NCBI RefSeq assembly: GCF_001194135.2
Contig: NC_068983.1
Location: 94,167,907 to 94,231,906 of the forward strand
Reading direction: 5' to 3'
Length of the DNA: 64,000 nt
Source: Octopus bimaculoides
Taxonomy: Eukaryota
The notes below the pieces were generated by a model. It was given only the letters and a program-made list of their open reading frames with translations. It did no database searches and was not told the DNA's origin. Positions 1-13,957 of the stretch are shown here, piece by piece. The position numbers and the translations under genes were made by a program. Numbering within the stretch: the first letter of the stretch is position 1; each line of letters begins with the position of its first letter.

Positions 1-639
1 GAGGTAATGGGGAGGGGCTGTAGGCAAAAAATGACTGGGTGTACAAGGAAAGGTTAAAGGGTCATTCAGTAAAAAATAAGGTGGTAAGGGATGATGCTGA
101 GAATGCAAAGGAAAAAAGGAGTGGTTTCAGGAAGAGTGAGTGGTAAGGTATGAAGTATGGGCAGTTTTGCTCTTATAATTTGCAGCAGCTGAGTAAGTAG
201 TGCCTTAGACAGAAAAGTGATGGCAGGATGAGTGTGAGGAAGATGGGCAGTGGTGCTCGTCATGAGCAGATTGGGTGAAGGAGCATATACATAAGCAGTA
301 TACCTTTAGGACCTCATTTTTGCTAAGATGGACAGGTTTTCTCAAGCACTACATATTGGTTACTTGCATTAATCTTTAACCCTTCCATTACCGTATATCT
401 ACTGATGTTTACATCAATTTAGTAAAAATGAAGAATTTAGTAAAGTAACTCTGTTATTATGGAGCTGGTGTCTGAAACATAAATTAACATGAAACTTTGA
501 TGAAAGTTTTTGAGTGAGATCACTTAAAACCAGAAATCTGTATCAAAGAACCAGAGTCAGTCTCAAGTGGGTTGGTTTCAAAAGGATTAAACAGAAATCA
601 TAGTAGCCACCTTCAAAAATAAGAATTTCAAATATCAAT

Positions 640-856
640 TTTTCTTTCATTGACCAAATACTCCACCTGTAAACCAAACTTGTTAAGCACAAACACTTTG
701 AAACTATGGGTATAAGTGTTTTTGGAATACCCAGCCATTCGCATGTGTGTGTGTGTATATGTATATATATATATATATATATAAATATATACATATATTT
801 ATATATACGAGTGGGTGGACAAATGAAAGAAGAGCACTCAACACATTTATAGAGTT

Positions 857-887
<31 letters not shown>

Positions 888-1294
888 TTATCAGTCAGTT
901 GGCTGAGAGTCTGAAAAAAAAAGCACACTCTAAAATAGAATTTGAGTAGTTATACTTTTATATTACCAAGTAGTATATTCCTGATTATGGCATATAACCC
1001 ATCAGAAAGTTACCATTGGTTCAATGGTAACTTTCTGGCTGGTCAACTTTACTTTCATTGACCAAATACTCCACCAATAAACCAAACTTGTTAAGCACAA
1101 ACACTTTCACCATGACAGAGTGTCATGTTTACCCCTTTTGAAATAATCATACACTTATCCTGTAAGGTCTTTGTCTTACACCTTTCCTAGGGTCAATAAA
1201 AGAAAACACCAAAAACACTAGTCAGATAATACACTGGTGTCAGCACTGATTATTTTCTTAACTCTTCAGTAACCCTTTTCCTCAAATTTGCAAA

Positions 1295-1325
<31 letters not shown>

Positions 1326-2025
1326 GTTAAGGTGGCAAGCTAGCAGAATTGTTCCCACACCAGACAAAATGCTTAGTGGTATTTTGTCTGTCTTTACGTT
1401 CTGAGTTCAAATTCCACCAAGGTCGCTTTGCTTTCCATCCTTTCAGAGTCAATAAAATAAGTACCAGTTATGTACTGGAGTCAGTGTAATTGACTTGCCC
1501 CGTCCCCCAAAATCTCAGGCCTTGTGTCTATAGAAGAAATGATTATCATTATTATTGTTGTTATTTACAATTCTATACATTATTTGTCCATGGTAATGTG
1601 GCTAAGAAGTTTGCTTGGCAATCACAAGATTTTGGGTTCAAACATCTTGTGCGACATCATGTTACCAGTCAACTCCAGTTTTGTAAGTCAAATCAGGTAG
1701 ATAAAATCAGATGGATTGATTTCATATGGGATTTGGGATTTGTTGTGAAGGAGGGAGTGCTTGTCATACAGTGTCATGTTAAGTCTGCTTGAAATTATGG
1801 GTATAAGTGTTTTTGGATTACCCAGCCATTCGCAGTGAACAAATGAAAGAAGGGCACTCAACACGTTTATTGAGTTACATACACACGCACACACATTATC
1901 AATCAGTTGGCTGCAAGTCTGAAAAAAAAGCACACTCGAAAATAAAATTTGAGCAGTTATACTTTTATATTCCTGATTATGGCATATAACCCATCAGAAA
2001 GTTACCATTGGTTCAATGGTAACTT
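640..2025. repeat. Local direct duplications of a dispersed module
   Basis: About 701-1035 is repeated at about 1791-2025; about 646-699 is repeated at about 1053-1108. A related partial copy lies at about 4550-4662. Confidence 0.85.
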
Positions 2026-5000
2026 GTTACATCCCATAACCAGGAGTATACTACTCAACAATATAAAAGTGTGTGTGTGTGTCTATATTGGTGGGGACAG
2101 CTTTTCTTATAAACATGCTGTATTAAAAACAGGACTATGGTCTAGTAATATTTTTCATGAAACTATTTAGGGTTTTTTTTGTTTGTGCAAGTTCCTTAGT
2201 TTGTTTAGAAATGTAGAGTTTACAAATTCATCACGAACTTAGACACTCATGCTATCACCTTTTGAATGAAGTGGTGTTGGTATGTATTGCTGCTGCTACC
2301 TCAGAATTTGAGTTTTTTGCCATTAGCTCTATGCATCATTAGTCAGGGAGTATTTTATTTATGTTTGTGATTACTGTAAGTAGTTGGTGTGCTTATTTTA
2401 ACATTGTGCTCAGCTATAAGTATTACTTCCCTCCCTAATCGTCTATTTTTGTGGAGATTTCCGTACAGGATACATGTGTTGTAAAAACTAATGTTTCTCA
2501 CCTGGTCTTTGTTTTGTGTGACGTAGTTTGACAAAAGTGAGGAGTCAATTTTATTGATTCCCAGTAATTTAGTGGTATTTATATTGCTGATGCCAAGGAG
2601 TTGAAAGGCAAAATTCGAATTCAGAACGACGCGAGAGAACAAAATACCACAAAACATTTTCTCTGGTACGTGAACATGTTTACGACTGCAACAAAGTAAA
2701 TGTAACACATGCATGTTGACTATAATAGGTTATTATGAGGTGGAAGTACCAGGTCAACATGTTGACAGTATAATTATCATAGCTTCAACAACAAATCATG
2801 GACGAAATCTGCCAGTACAACAAAAGGAATGTTCATAATGTATCAACACAAATATGTAGAGAAATAACAGCTTTTAATCTAAGGGGAAAAACTCTTGCGA
2901 AACAGCTGCAAAAATCACTAAAAAAAAACTCTCTTGAATTCATTGCGACAATTTCGATGCTCTATTCCTTTTCCTTTTTCCTGAGGCGCTATGTGCTAGG
3001 GGACTCCAAGGAGAGCGTGACAAAGACAAGGAAATTTCCACGACCGTCAGCTTGTACACGCTGAAGTTCAGCTTGCCCGGGACGCCAGCAACCTTAGGGC
3101 TAGCACTGACACCATGTTCTTACTATTTTAAACAAACATCTACACATACAACAAATTAAGTTACAGCTATTCTCTAAGATATGCATACACATGTAAGTTT
3201 TCCTAATGACTTCCTCAGAAGGGAAAGGATATACTCATAATTTTCGTAGGCATTCTGAGACTTACAAGATTAATCATCCTCATCACCAGCATTTAATGTC
3301 CTTTTTTTCCATGTTGGCATGGGTTGAACGGTTTGACAGGAGCTGGCAAGCCAGAAGACTGTGTCAAGCTCTACTTTTACTTTCTTTTTTAGCATGGCTT
3401 TTAGGGCTGGGTGCTCTTTCTAATACTAGCCACTTTATAGGGTTTATTGGCTGCTTTTTACATGTCACCAGCAGCAGTGATGTTCCGGTGATAATGGCAG
3501 TTGATATTCTACTTAAATTACTATAATTTGAGGAGTAAAGGAAAATACGAGCATGGCTGTGTGGTAAGATGTTTGCTTCCCAATCACATTGTTTTGGATT
3601 CAGTCTCATTGCATGGCACCTTGGGCAAGTGTCTTCAGCTGTAGCCTCAGCCAACCAAAGCCTTGAATAGATTTGATAGACAGAAACTGAAAGAAGCCCA
3701 TCATGTGTGTGTGTGTATACATATATATATATATACGTAAATGCTCAATACTGCATTGGTGGATAAAATTTCTTTGTGTGTATTAAAGCTACCATTGGTT
3801 TTGTTAAGAAAATATCTTAACAATTTTTCAAGCTGATCACATGGAGGAATGGTGTTCATCTCCATTTTGGATGAAAACATATATTTATATATGTGTATAT
3901 GTCTTTGTGTCTGTGTTTATTCTCATTGCTTGACAACAGGTGTTGATGTGTTTACATCCCCATACCTTAGCAGTTTGGCAAAAAGAACTGATGCAATAAA
4001 TACCAAGCTTTAAAAAGATAATTGCTGGCATTGATTTGTTCAGCTAAAACCTTCAAGGCAATGCCCCAGCATGGCCACAGTCAAATGACTGAAATAAGTA
4101 AAAAGATAAATGGGATATCAGATTAGTGCTATTCTGGGAAGGAACAAGAGAGAATAGAAGTTGCTGTGTAGTTAGCAGGACATGGTTTGCAGTACGGATG
4201 ATGACAAATGAGATGATTGTATCAAAGGGTGCTTGAATGGAGCTGATATACAACTAGCTGGTTCTAAGGAATGGAAGCCATTACTGAAGTAATAGAAAAG
4301 CAGAGGAAAAAAAACTTATGTAGATTAAAGGTTCAAATGTATTGGTAAGTGAGTCTTTAATGATCGGTTTCTTTGGCTTTCTTTTGGATGTAGTCTAGAA
4401 TGTTTATGCGTAGCAACAGCACCACACAGACATGGGAACAGTATTCTGTCATGGGCCTAGTTGGACTTCATGGAAAGTAAGAAACAAATTGCCATTCACG
4501 TTTTCTCTCTCTCTATATATATATATATCATATTATATACCTTGTCAATGAATCAGAAAAAAAGCACACTCTAAAAGAAATGTTGAACGGTTATACTCTT
4601 ATGTAGCTAAGTGGTATATTCTTGGTTATGGCATATAACCAATCAGAAATTTACCATTGGTTACACATCTACTGCTGCACATGGAATACAGAAATTAAAC
4701 TGACACGCTGGCTGGAAGCACATAGCCTCTTTAATGCTGGAGGTAAATATATAGTTTGTGTCAGTTTGGTGGTGAATAAAACTACAATATAAAAAAAGCT
4801 TTTTGAGAGAGTTACCTACCCTTATATCATTCCAGCCATAGCTGAACTGAGTCAGTTGTGCCTGCTTTCTTTTCTTCTTTTACTTGTTTCAGTCATTTGA
4901 CTACAGCCATGCTGGAGCACCGCCTTTAGTCGAGCAAATCGACCCCAGGACTTATTCTTTGCAAGCCTAGTACTTATTCTATCGATCTTTCACGCCGAAC

Positions 5001-5532
5001 CGTTTAGTTACGGGGACGTAAACACACCAGCATCGGTCGTCAAGCAACGTTGGGAGAGACAAACACAGACACACAAACATATATATACATATATATATAT
5101 ATANNNNNNNNNNNNNNNNNNNNNNNNNNNNNNNNNNNNNNNNNNNNNNNNNNNNNNNNNNNNNNNNNNNNNNNNNNNNNNNNNNNNNNNNNNNNNNNNN
5201 NNNNNNNNNNNNNNNNNNNNNNNNNNNNNNNNNNNNNNNNNNNNNNNNNNNNNNNNNNNNNNNNNNNNNNNNNNNNNNNNNNNNNNNNNNNNNNNNNNNN
5301 NNNNNNNNNNNNNNNNNNNNNNNNNNNNNNNNNNNNNNNNNNNNNNNNNNNNNNNNNNNNNNNNNNNNNNNNNNNNNNNNNNNNNNNNNNNNNNNNNNNN
5401 GTTGCAAGATGCAACGAAAATTTTAGGAAAATAAAAATGAAAATAAAAATAAAAATAATAAGTGGAAATTTTAACGGTGAGTGTGTTAAATTTTAAGGCA
5501 CGAAAAGAAAATGACTCTCCCTAGACACAACA

Positions 5533-5572
<40 letters not shown>

Positions 5573-7863
5573 GATGCAATTCAACGAACACAAAAGCTGA
5601 AAATTTTATAAACATGTTTAAATGTGCAACAAAAAAAGTGTATTCCATTTTCCTTGGTATTTGAAAAGTTGCATATCCACTTTTTGAAGATATTAGTTTT
5701 AAAGGAGAAATTTTAATAACTGCACTGTTATCCAAGATGGATGAGAGAGAGAGAGAGGGAGAGGGAGAGAGAGAGTGTGTGTGTGTGTGTGTCCCAACAT
5801 CATTTGTGCTTGATTGTAACTATCATGTAAACAGTGTCATTCATTTCCAATGTTTGCAAGAACACGTCTGGCCATAGTGAAATATTAGCTTACTAGGAAA
5901 CAGGCGATGGGTGGGGGCAGGAACAGCAACCAGATGTAGAAAATCTGGACATTAAAATGATGATACTGATATATATACACACACACACCCACACATATAT
6001 ATACATACGTATAAATATATATATATATATACATACATATATATGTATGTATACACACACACACACAAGTAACATTAACCTCTCACTGGTTCTAGTCATA
6101 AGAATGCAGCCATACTGGAGCACTGCCTTGTAGGATTTACTATATCATGTTGAAGTCAATACTTATTTGTAAACAATCATTCTTTACATCTTTTATTGAA
6201 CTGTTTATCAGCCTGCTAAGTTATGGGGCATAAAGGTTCCACTGGTGCAAACAGAAAGACAGATATAAGCTGGGCTTCAACATAGTTTCTATCTACCAAT
6301 TCCATTTAAAAAAGTACTGATTAACACAAAGCTATATAATAGAACACACAAGCCCAAACTGCTATGCAGTGAAATTGTTCCCAAAATCAAGTGACTTCAA
6401 AGCAAACTTTTTAAGCAAAGAACCATACTTCTATCAATATGCTCAGACTTAATATTCATTTCAAATTTTGGCACATGGCCAGAAGTTTGAGGGGAAGGGA
6501 TAAGTCGATTACATTGACCCCAGTACTCAAATGGTACTTATTTTATCGAACTTGAAAGGATGAAAAGTAAAGTTGACTTTGGTGGAATTTGAACTCAGAA
6601 CTTAAAGACAGACAAAATGTTGCTAAGCAGTTTGGCATGCTAACAATTCTGCCAGCCCACAGCCTGAATAATGTTTTCAAATTTTGGCACAAAGCCAGAA
6701 ATTTTGTGGGAGAGGATAAGTCAATTACATCAACCCCAGTACTTGACTGGTACTTATTTTATCGAAGCCACAAGGATGAAGAGCAAAGTTGACTTTCACA
6801 TTCTCAATTTTGAACTCTCAATGTAATGACAGACTAAATACAGCTAAGCATTTTCCCAGCATGCTCATGATTCTGCCAGCCCACAGCCTTGTTCAGACTT
6901 GATATTAGTTTCATTATTCATGTTATATTTGAATAAAGACATTAACTACCACACCTGCAACACACACAATAACATCAACCTAATAATGACAGTAACCACA
7001 GACTGACCAACAATTAGTAGTAGCAGTAGCCTTTGTTTAAACTCAAACTAATCACTAATCACCTCTGAAAACTACAAGAGATGAAAAGCTCATTTAGGAT
7101 TTGAAAAGAGAGAAAAACAGTTCATTCAATGGTTACAGTTGGTTAGCAGGAAACTTGAATAATGAAGCTGTAGGAGTGTAAATACCAACAACCACATAAC
7201 TTCTATTGAGTATGCACTTCCTTGTTTACATATTAATATTGATGGTTCTAGGTAAATTCGTCAACAATTCATCTACAACAATTTGTGTGTGGTTGTATGT
7301 TTGTGTGGTTGTGTGTGTGTGTGGTTGTGTGTGTGTGTGTGGTTGTAGATGAATCGTATCCATAGATAAATTGCTGTGGGTGAATTATTGTAAATGAATT
7401 GTAGACAAATTCGTTGGGTACATAATATTGGTATATATACATATAAATATATATATGCATAAGATAAATCTGAGCAAATATTTATATATATGTGTATATA
7501 TCTCCAAACCATGCCATCATGGAACATTGATATTAAAAAATCATGACATACATACCATAGAAACTATGCCATAACAAACATTGGAGCTTGATGCAGTCCT
7601 CAAGATTAGATCCTTTCAAACCATCTAACCCATGCCTCCATGGAAGATGGATGTTAAACAATGACAATAATGATGATGATGACAATGATGATGATATATA
7701 AACATATATATATATTTAGAACACATCAACACTTCAAGTACAGGTATGGTGATGCAAACAGGAAAAATAGAACTTTTATTAATATTTAGCTTGCGCTAAA
7801 TATATATAAATTAGAAATTATCTAATTATAAATCTCACAGAGAATTAAGCAGCAGTGTTACGA

Positions 7864-8271
7864 TAAAGCAGGTGTATACTGTGAACTTAATGTGACAGTC
7901 CCAATAAGGGAATCATACTGCTGCTATTTAGCCCTAGGAAGCTGGACCGCTTCCTGTCGGCCTTGACACATTTCCTGTGTCCTTATATTTGTGAGGGGGA
8001 GACAAGCACCTCTACCCAGCCTAGTCTGCATTCAGGGACATGTTTCTGAGTCATTGCTCATCATCAGCCTGAAGTAGCAACACCAGTTGGCTGAAGTCCC
8101 TGAATGCAGACTAGGTTGGGTGGGGGTGCTTGTCTCCCCCTCGCAAATATAAGGACACAGGAAATGTGACAAGGCCGACAGAAAGCAGTCCAGCTTCCTA
8201 GGGCTAAATAGCAGCAGTATGATTCCTTTATTGGGACTGTCACATTAAGTTGACAGTATACAACTGCTTTA
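7864..8271. repeat. Long foldback inverted repeat
   Basis: Arms of about 175 bp (7864-8039 / 8096-8271), highly similar by eye, with a spacer of about 56 bp. Confidence 0.9.
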
Positions 8272-8431
8272 AATATATATATATGACAGGTTTCTTTCAG
8301 TTTCCATCTACCAAATCCACTCACAAGGCTTTGGTCGGCCCGAGACTATAGTAGAAGACACTTGAGCAAGGTGCTATGCAATGAGACTGAACCCAGAACC
8401 ACACAGTCACTCCTGCGCCTATGTCTATGTA

Positions 8432-8464
<33 letters not shown>

Positions 8465-8564
8465 GTATATGTATTGTTTGTTTTTATGTTCAATAATAAA
8501 AGCAATTTTACATTAATCTGACGGGTTACTCTATACTTTTGCAGAGTACAAACTTATTCTTATA

Positions 8565-8973
8565 CAAGAATGTTGTTGGCAGTGACTCGGAAATTTTGGC
8601 CAGCTAAGCCATCGTCAGACAACAATGCATTAGAATTAGTTTTGCCTTTATATAGTCTGTTAAAATCACCTTTAGGTGTGTGGGTTTGACTGGGGTGGTA
8701 ATTAGGTTTTTATGAAAAGGTGTTTTGGGAAAATTTTTTTTGATTAAATTTGGTGTTTACTTACAAAGTTGTACATGCATGAATAAACTCTAAACAACAA
8801 CCACCTCAAATTTAATCAATAAAAATTTTATCAAAAATATCTCAAACCCACACACCCAAAGATGATTTTAACACAACAAAGACTATATAAAGACAAAACT
8901 AACTCTAATGCATTGTGGTTCAATGATGGCTTAGCTGGCCAAAACTTTGGAGTCACTGTCAACAACATTCTTG
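8565..8973. mobile_element. TA-flanked foldback MITE (Tc1/mariner-type target)
   Basis: TA|CAAGAATGTTGTTG...CAACAACATTCTTG|TA. Imperfect arms of about 125 bp, with a further inner inverted segment. Confidence 0.8.
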
Positions 8974-10742
8974 TATTATATATATATATTGCCAGTAGTT
9001 CATATACCTAAAAAAGAAGCATACTCTAGAACATTAGAGCAGTAATATATTTTTGGGAAGGTTGATTGTTATGACTAGTCAGAGGGTGACCATTCTCCAG
9101 CCATTTGTGTCTAACGAGTCGCCTATATGGCTAAGTGCTTTATAGGTGCAAAACCAATGGTCAATCTCTGACCAGTCATAACAATCTACCTTCTAAAAAT
9201 ATATATATATATATATAAACAAACACACACATTTCAACCTCATAAATAGTGCTTACAGATTTTTATAAACAATCACTCATTAATAATTCACCTTTTCTGC
9301 TTGGTTTATTTCACAGCAGTAAACAACCTCTTAACATTCAATTAGCAGAAGAATGCAATTTTACAAAATTTCATATCTCCTCTCTAACTGAAACCTTTAT
9401 AAAAGCATTAGAATTTTACTGGCCACACAAAAGATAAATCTGTCCCTTCAACTGACAAAAGTATTCCCACAAGCTACAAAAATTGTTCTTACAAGAAACA
9501 AAACTATCCCCATAAGGAATAACACGATCTCAACCAGTGACAAAACATTTTCTTTGGTCCCTACTTTTACATTTGTCAGTCAGACAGAGAATTATGGGCA
9601 ACATGAGGGGCACTAGGTTTCACCTAGAAAAGGCTTTGAAAGTTGTGTTTCTTTGTTTGTTTTTTATCTAAAGCCATTAAAAATGTTGAGATTTCAATTC
9701 AGCATAAACGAGTCACATAATGAAGAGAAATACATGCTCTGTCTAAAGATTCATATTTGGTAGCTTTCTTTTTTCTTTTCACTTCTTTTTTTTCTTTACT
9801 AGTTAACATCCCCTGCACCATATTAGCATGGATGAGAAATCTACCATTTTGTTTTTTTATTTTTGAGTTTTTTTTTTCTTTTTCAAATTTAAACATATAC
9901 ACACAGCTGGAAAATAAGCTTTGAAATTGAACGCCCTTTCTATTATTAACCATTCAATTATGAATTTATATATCAGATGTACAAACTGAAGCAAGCGATG
10001 TTTGTGTGCGTCTTGCTATACATTAGCTGTAGTAATAATTGAACTCTTGACAACTGCCTCAGTTTGATTCTACTTTTCAGTAGGAACTAGTTTCAAGTTC
10101 TGTATGTGGGTAAAAGCATATTCCTTGATTTAGTTACCTACCAAGCGTTATTTAAAGAATGTGGTGACAGTGTGACATCCTTATGATCAACCCCAGCTAT
10201 AACTTACCATATCCGTAACTTAATACAGCTATAAGTTACCACTCTAATAACCCAGTTGAAGAAACAGTGTTTTCTGCAGTCTGTATGGGTTTATAAGTCC
10301 AGTGCTTAGCTCTGGTCTTCTGGTATTTAATCAAATGAGAGATAAATTATCACTGGGATAGAGTAGCAGCTTATCTCAGGTAAGACTCAAGATCTGCTAC
10401 TTAACAACTAGATAAATTCAAGTATGTTGATTTATCTTACATACAAATACAAGACACCAGTAGTCAAGCTGAACTTGAGACCAAGAAATTTGGTAGTTCA
10501 CTACCTCAGCCACTTCTCTGAATTGAATTAGGTTATTATGACATGGAGTTATGGTCAAGGATCGTTAACACAACTGATTTTTGTTACTGATTTTTTTTTT
10601 GTCCGAAGTTCTACCAAAAGTGTTAGGGCATGGGAGAGGACAAGAAAGCAAGAGAGATAGGGGGAAGGAGAGAGAATGCTCCTGCAACATTTCAAGAGAT
10701 TAATTACCTTTTACAGTTAAAATATAGTTCTCAGAATTAAAT

Positions 10743-11024
10743 TTAGTCATCTGGCTTAGAATGTCTTATATGGTCCCATGAAAGATAGCAAGCTTGTCCT
10801 TTACTGAGATCATGCCACCCGACAGGGCCAGACTCACAATCAGCACATATCAAGTACTTGACAGTTCCAACAGTGTTTGAAAATCCAATATTTTCAAAGT
10901 TGTACATGTTATCAATCCTCCAGCAATCAATAAGTTTATCTTCTTCATCATATACTTCTGTGACATTACTACTTCCATTTCCATCCTTTTCTTCCTTTGA
11001 ACCTTTTTCTAATGGCAGGAGAAA
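10743..11024 (-). CDS. RABIF: RABIF/MSS4 coding exon 2 (terminal)
   Basis: Acceptor ttgttattttacAG|TTT, phase 0, in frame with exon 1. Encodes FLLP...DCWRIDNMYNFENIGFSNTVGTVKYLICADCESGPVGWH..., which includes the MSS4 signature FENxGF and the second CxxC (CADC). Joined protein is 149 aa. Confidence 0.95.
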   Translation of the reverse strand, partial: FLLPLEKGSKEEKDGNGSSNVTEVYDEEDKLIDCWRIDNMYNFENIGFSNTVGTVKYLICADCESGPVGWHDLSKGQACYLSWDHIRHSKPDD

Positions 11025-11144
11025 CTGTAAAATAACAAATAAGATGCATTTCAAAATCTAACAAATAATTTTTTTTTAGCTTGTTTGTTTGTTTACACAG
11101 ATACATTTATATAATTATCAAATGTTTACTATATTTTCTTTTCA

Positions 11145-11700
11145 AAGTGTGCAAGACAGAAGACTATGCCGGTACAGACATGTAATGAATGAAGACAGTT
11201 GTGTCAAGATGTGCCAATCTCTAAATGTAGAGGGAACATGTGTAAGAGGTAGACTCAGGAAGACAAGGGATGAATTGGTGAGAAAGGATCTTCAGATATT
11301 GGGCCTCACAGAGGGGATGACAGGGATCTGAGACTCTTGGCAGTTTGCTGTACTTGAGAAGACGCATCAAGCTAAGTAAAAGCATGGTTATCCTTGCATA
11401 CAAACATGTTCTCTGCATCCCTCTCCCGCTGAACACCTCTAATCTTGCAGGCTCATGGGTACTGGTGCCATATAAAAAGCACCCATACTGGTATCACATA
11501 AGCATACCCATGCTGGTGCTGCATAAAAGCACCCAGTACATTCTGTGAAGTGGTTGGTGTTAGGAAGGGCATCCAGTCATAGAAACCGTGCCAAAACAGA
11601 CATGGATCCTGGACAGCTCTTCAGCTGGCCAGCTCCTGTCAAACTGTCCAACCCATGCCAGCATGGAAAACAAACATTAAATGATGATGATGAGTTTAGA
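11145..11700 (+). mobile_element. RTE-clade LINE 3' fragment
   Basis: Degenerate VQDRRLCRYRHVMNEDSCVKMC...RGRLRKTRDELVRKDL, followed by the family 3' UTR and a (GAT)n tail. Confidence 0.8.
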
Positions 11701-12175
11701 ATTCAACATCATCATCACTTCATTTTTGTATTTGGTTTGCAAGGTTTTTTTATGTGAATTCATGTATTGAAACAAATTTTGTTGTGTTCGTCAAAGTTCT
11801 TTCATCGCCATTCACAACTATTTCAGTGATTTCTTTTTGATGAATAAAAAACAACAAACAATTGACTGTTTAACCAACAAGTTAAACAAATGATCAACTA
11901 GTCAGATTAAACTAATGTGAGTGTTATTAATAATGGTGTAATGAATCTCCCTAGATACAACAAAATCATCATCACAGTAGTACGTTTGTAACTTGGTTCT
12001 TGCTGTAGACATTGAGATTTCAACAGCATTACGGATTCTGACTTCAACAAAGGAGGCTCCATGCTTCTACCTGATATTAATTTGTCAGTGTTTTATAAAC
12101 TGTTGTGCATGGAAGTACCACAGCTTTTACAATATCTCCTAATATAATAATGAACGTAGTGTTTTTATATATTTG

Positions 12176-12223
<48 letters not shown>

Positions 12224-12835
12224 CCTAAATCACACTGGACGGAGGAGGAGAAAGTAGTATAAGTGAAGGGAGAGGAGAGAAAATTGTGATTCAGTGAAGG
12301 AGAGGTAGTGAGAGTAATAGCCCTGACTGAAAGGGAGTAAGAGAAAGGAAGTGGCAAAGAGCACGTCGTGTATCTTCTGTTTTTCTCTGCCACAACATAT
12401 GAATGAGAAAGGAAGGGGTGAAAAAAAATCAGCATTTCAACTCTAAGTATATGTGTGTATGTGTGTGCATGTACAAGGGAAGTATGTGAATATATGTGAA
12501 CATTGACAAGCATATTAATTTGATTTACCATCCATATCTTCTATTATAATAATACTCTTGTGTATTTCTCCATCGCAACATATGAATGAGAAAGGAAGGG
12601 GTGGTGGAAAACTTGGTAGTGATGGAAGTTCTATGGTGAAAAAAAAAATCAAACAGCGTTTCAACTCAGCGTGAGTATTTGTGTGTGTATATAAATGGGA
12701 GTCAGGTGAATGTGTGTGAGTGTGCATGCAATGGAAGTGAGATGGTGAACATTCAATGCTAAAAAGAATAATCAAACAGCATTTCAACTCTGTGAGAGTC
12801 TATGTGTGTATGTGTGTGCATGTACAAGGGAAGTA

Positions 12836-13805
12836 TGTGAATGTTTGTATGTGTGATTATTATGTACCTTATTTTCTACTTTATATATAAAATACTACAT
12901 ATGCCATCATTTTTGATGGCATGGGGTCAGCTAGTTAATATATAATGACCATTAGTTATTGATTGGAAATGAAAATAAAGTTAATAGATCAATAAATTCT
13001 GAAAAACTGACCAAGTTTTTCTTGTGACTAATATATGACATGCATGTCACCACAGGCTTTTTAGTGACATGCAATGGACATCAAAAGATAAAACTCTCCC
13101 TCTATAAATATTTACCTTAAACTAAAATATGTATATACATTCAAGTAACACTCCAAAGGAGTATTATTAAAAGAATTTAAATTTCAGTATGTGTTAAGGT
13201 TTACCATCACTGAACTAGACAAAACAGTACTTTTTTTTCTTTTTATAATAGGCATTAAAGTTAATTGAATTAAAAATATTACTGATTTATATTTTACTGA
13301 ATAAAGGACAAAATAAACTTGGTAAGGATATAGCAAGGATATATATAAAGGACAAAATAAACTTGGTAAGGATATAGCAAGGATATATATAAAGGACAAA
13401 ATAAACTTGGTAAGGATATAGCAAGATATGGATCTGTTTACAATCAAGAATTTAACTTGTTCTGTATCAGCTATTTCTATTATCCTTGGACACTGTAAAT
13501 ATTGATTTATAAAAGATCTCATAGAAGAATTTGGTAAATCAATTCACAATGAGTTTGCCAAATTCTTCCATGAAATCTATGAATATTTGTTTACACAGAC
13601 CACCTCCTGTTACCTTGAATCCTGGATTTTAACAAATATTGATATGCAATTTGCATAAAACTTTATTTTCATTTCCAATCAATAACTAATGGTTATTATA
13701 TATTAACTAGCTGACCCCATGCCATCAAAAATGACAGTTAATTGTAGTATTTTATATATAAAGTAGAAAATAAAGTACATAATAATCACACATACAAACA
13801 TTCAC
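12836..13805. repeat. Inverted duplication with 147-bp arms containing a Helitron-like 3' end (RABIF intron)
   Basis: 12836-12982 is the reverse complement of 13659-13805. The arm includes the hairpin atgccatca..tgatggcat followed by ggggtcagCTAG|T. Confidence 0.85.
13301..13425. repeat. 44-bp minisatellite, about 2.8 copies
   Basis: Unit ataaaggacaaaataaacttggtaaggatatagcaaggatatat starts at 13301, 13345 and 13389. Confidence 0.95.
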
Positions 13806-13866
13806 AAACTTATTGTGCAAAGCAACACTCATATATGTGAATGAGTGTGTAAAGCTGCATTGTACA

Positions 13867-13957
13867 TATATATATAAATACAGTTATCCATATACATAAA
13901 TACAGTTATCTAAATATATAAATACAGTTATCTAAATATATAAATACAGTTATCTAA
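13867..13957. repeat. 22-bp tandem repeat, about 4 copies
   Basis: Unit close to atatataaatacagttatctaa. Confidence 0.85.

Noticed and set aside
13301-13425. 44-bp repeat as an array system
   Set aside because: Head-to-tail identical units without spacers; an ordinary minisatellite.
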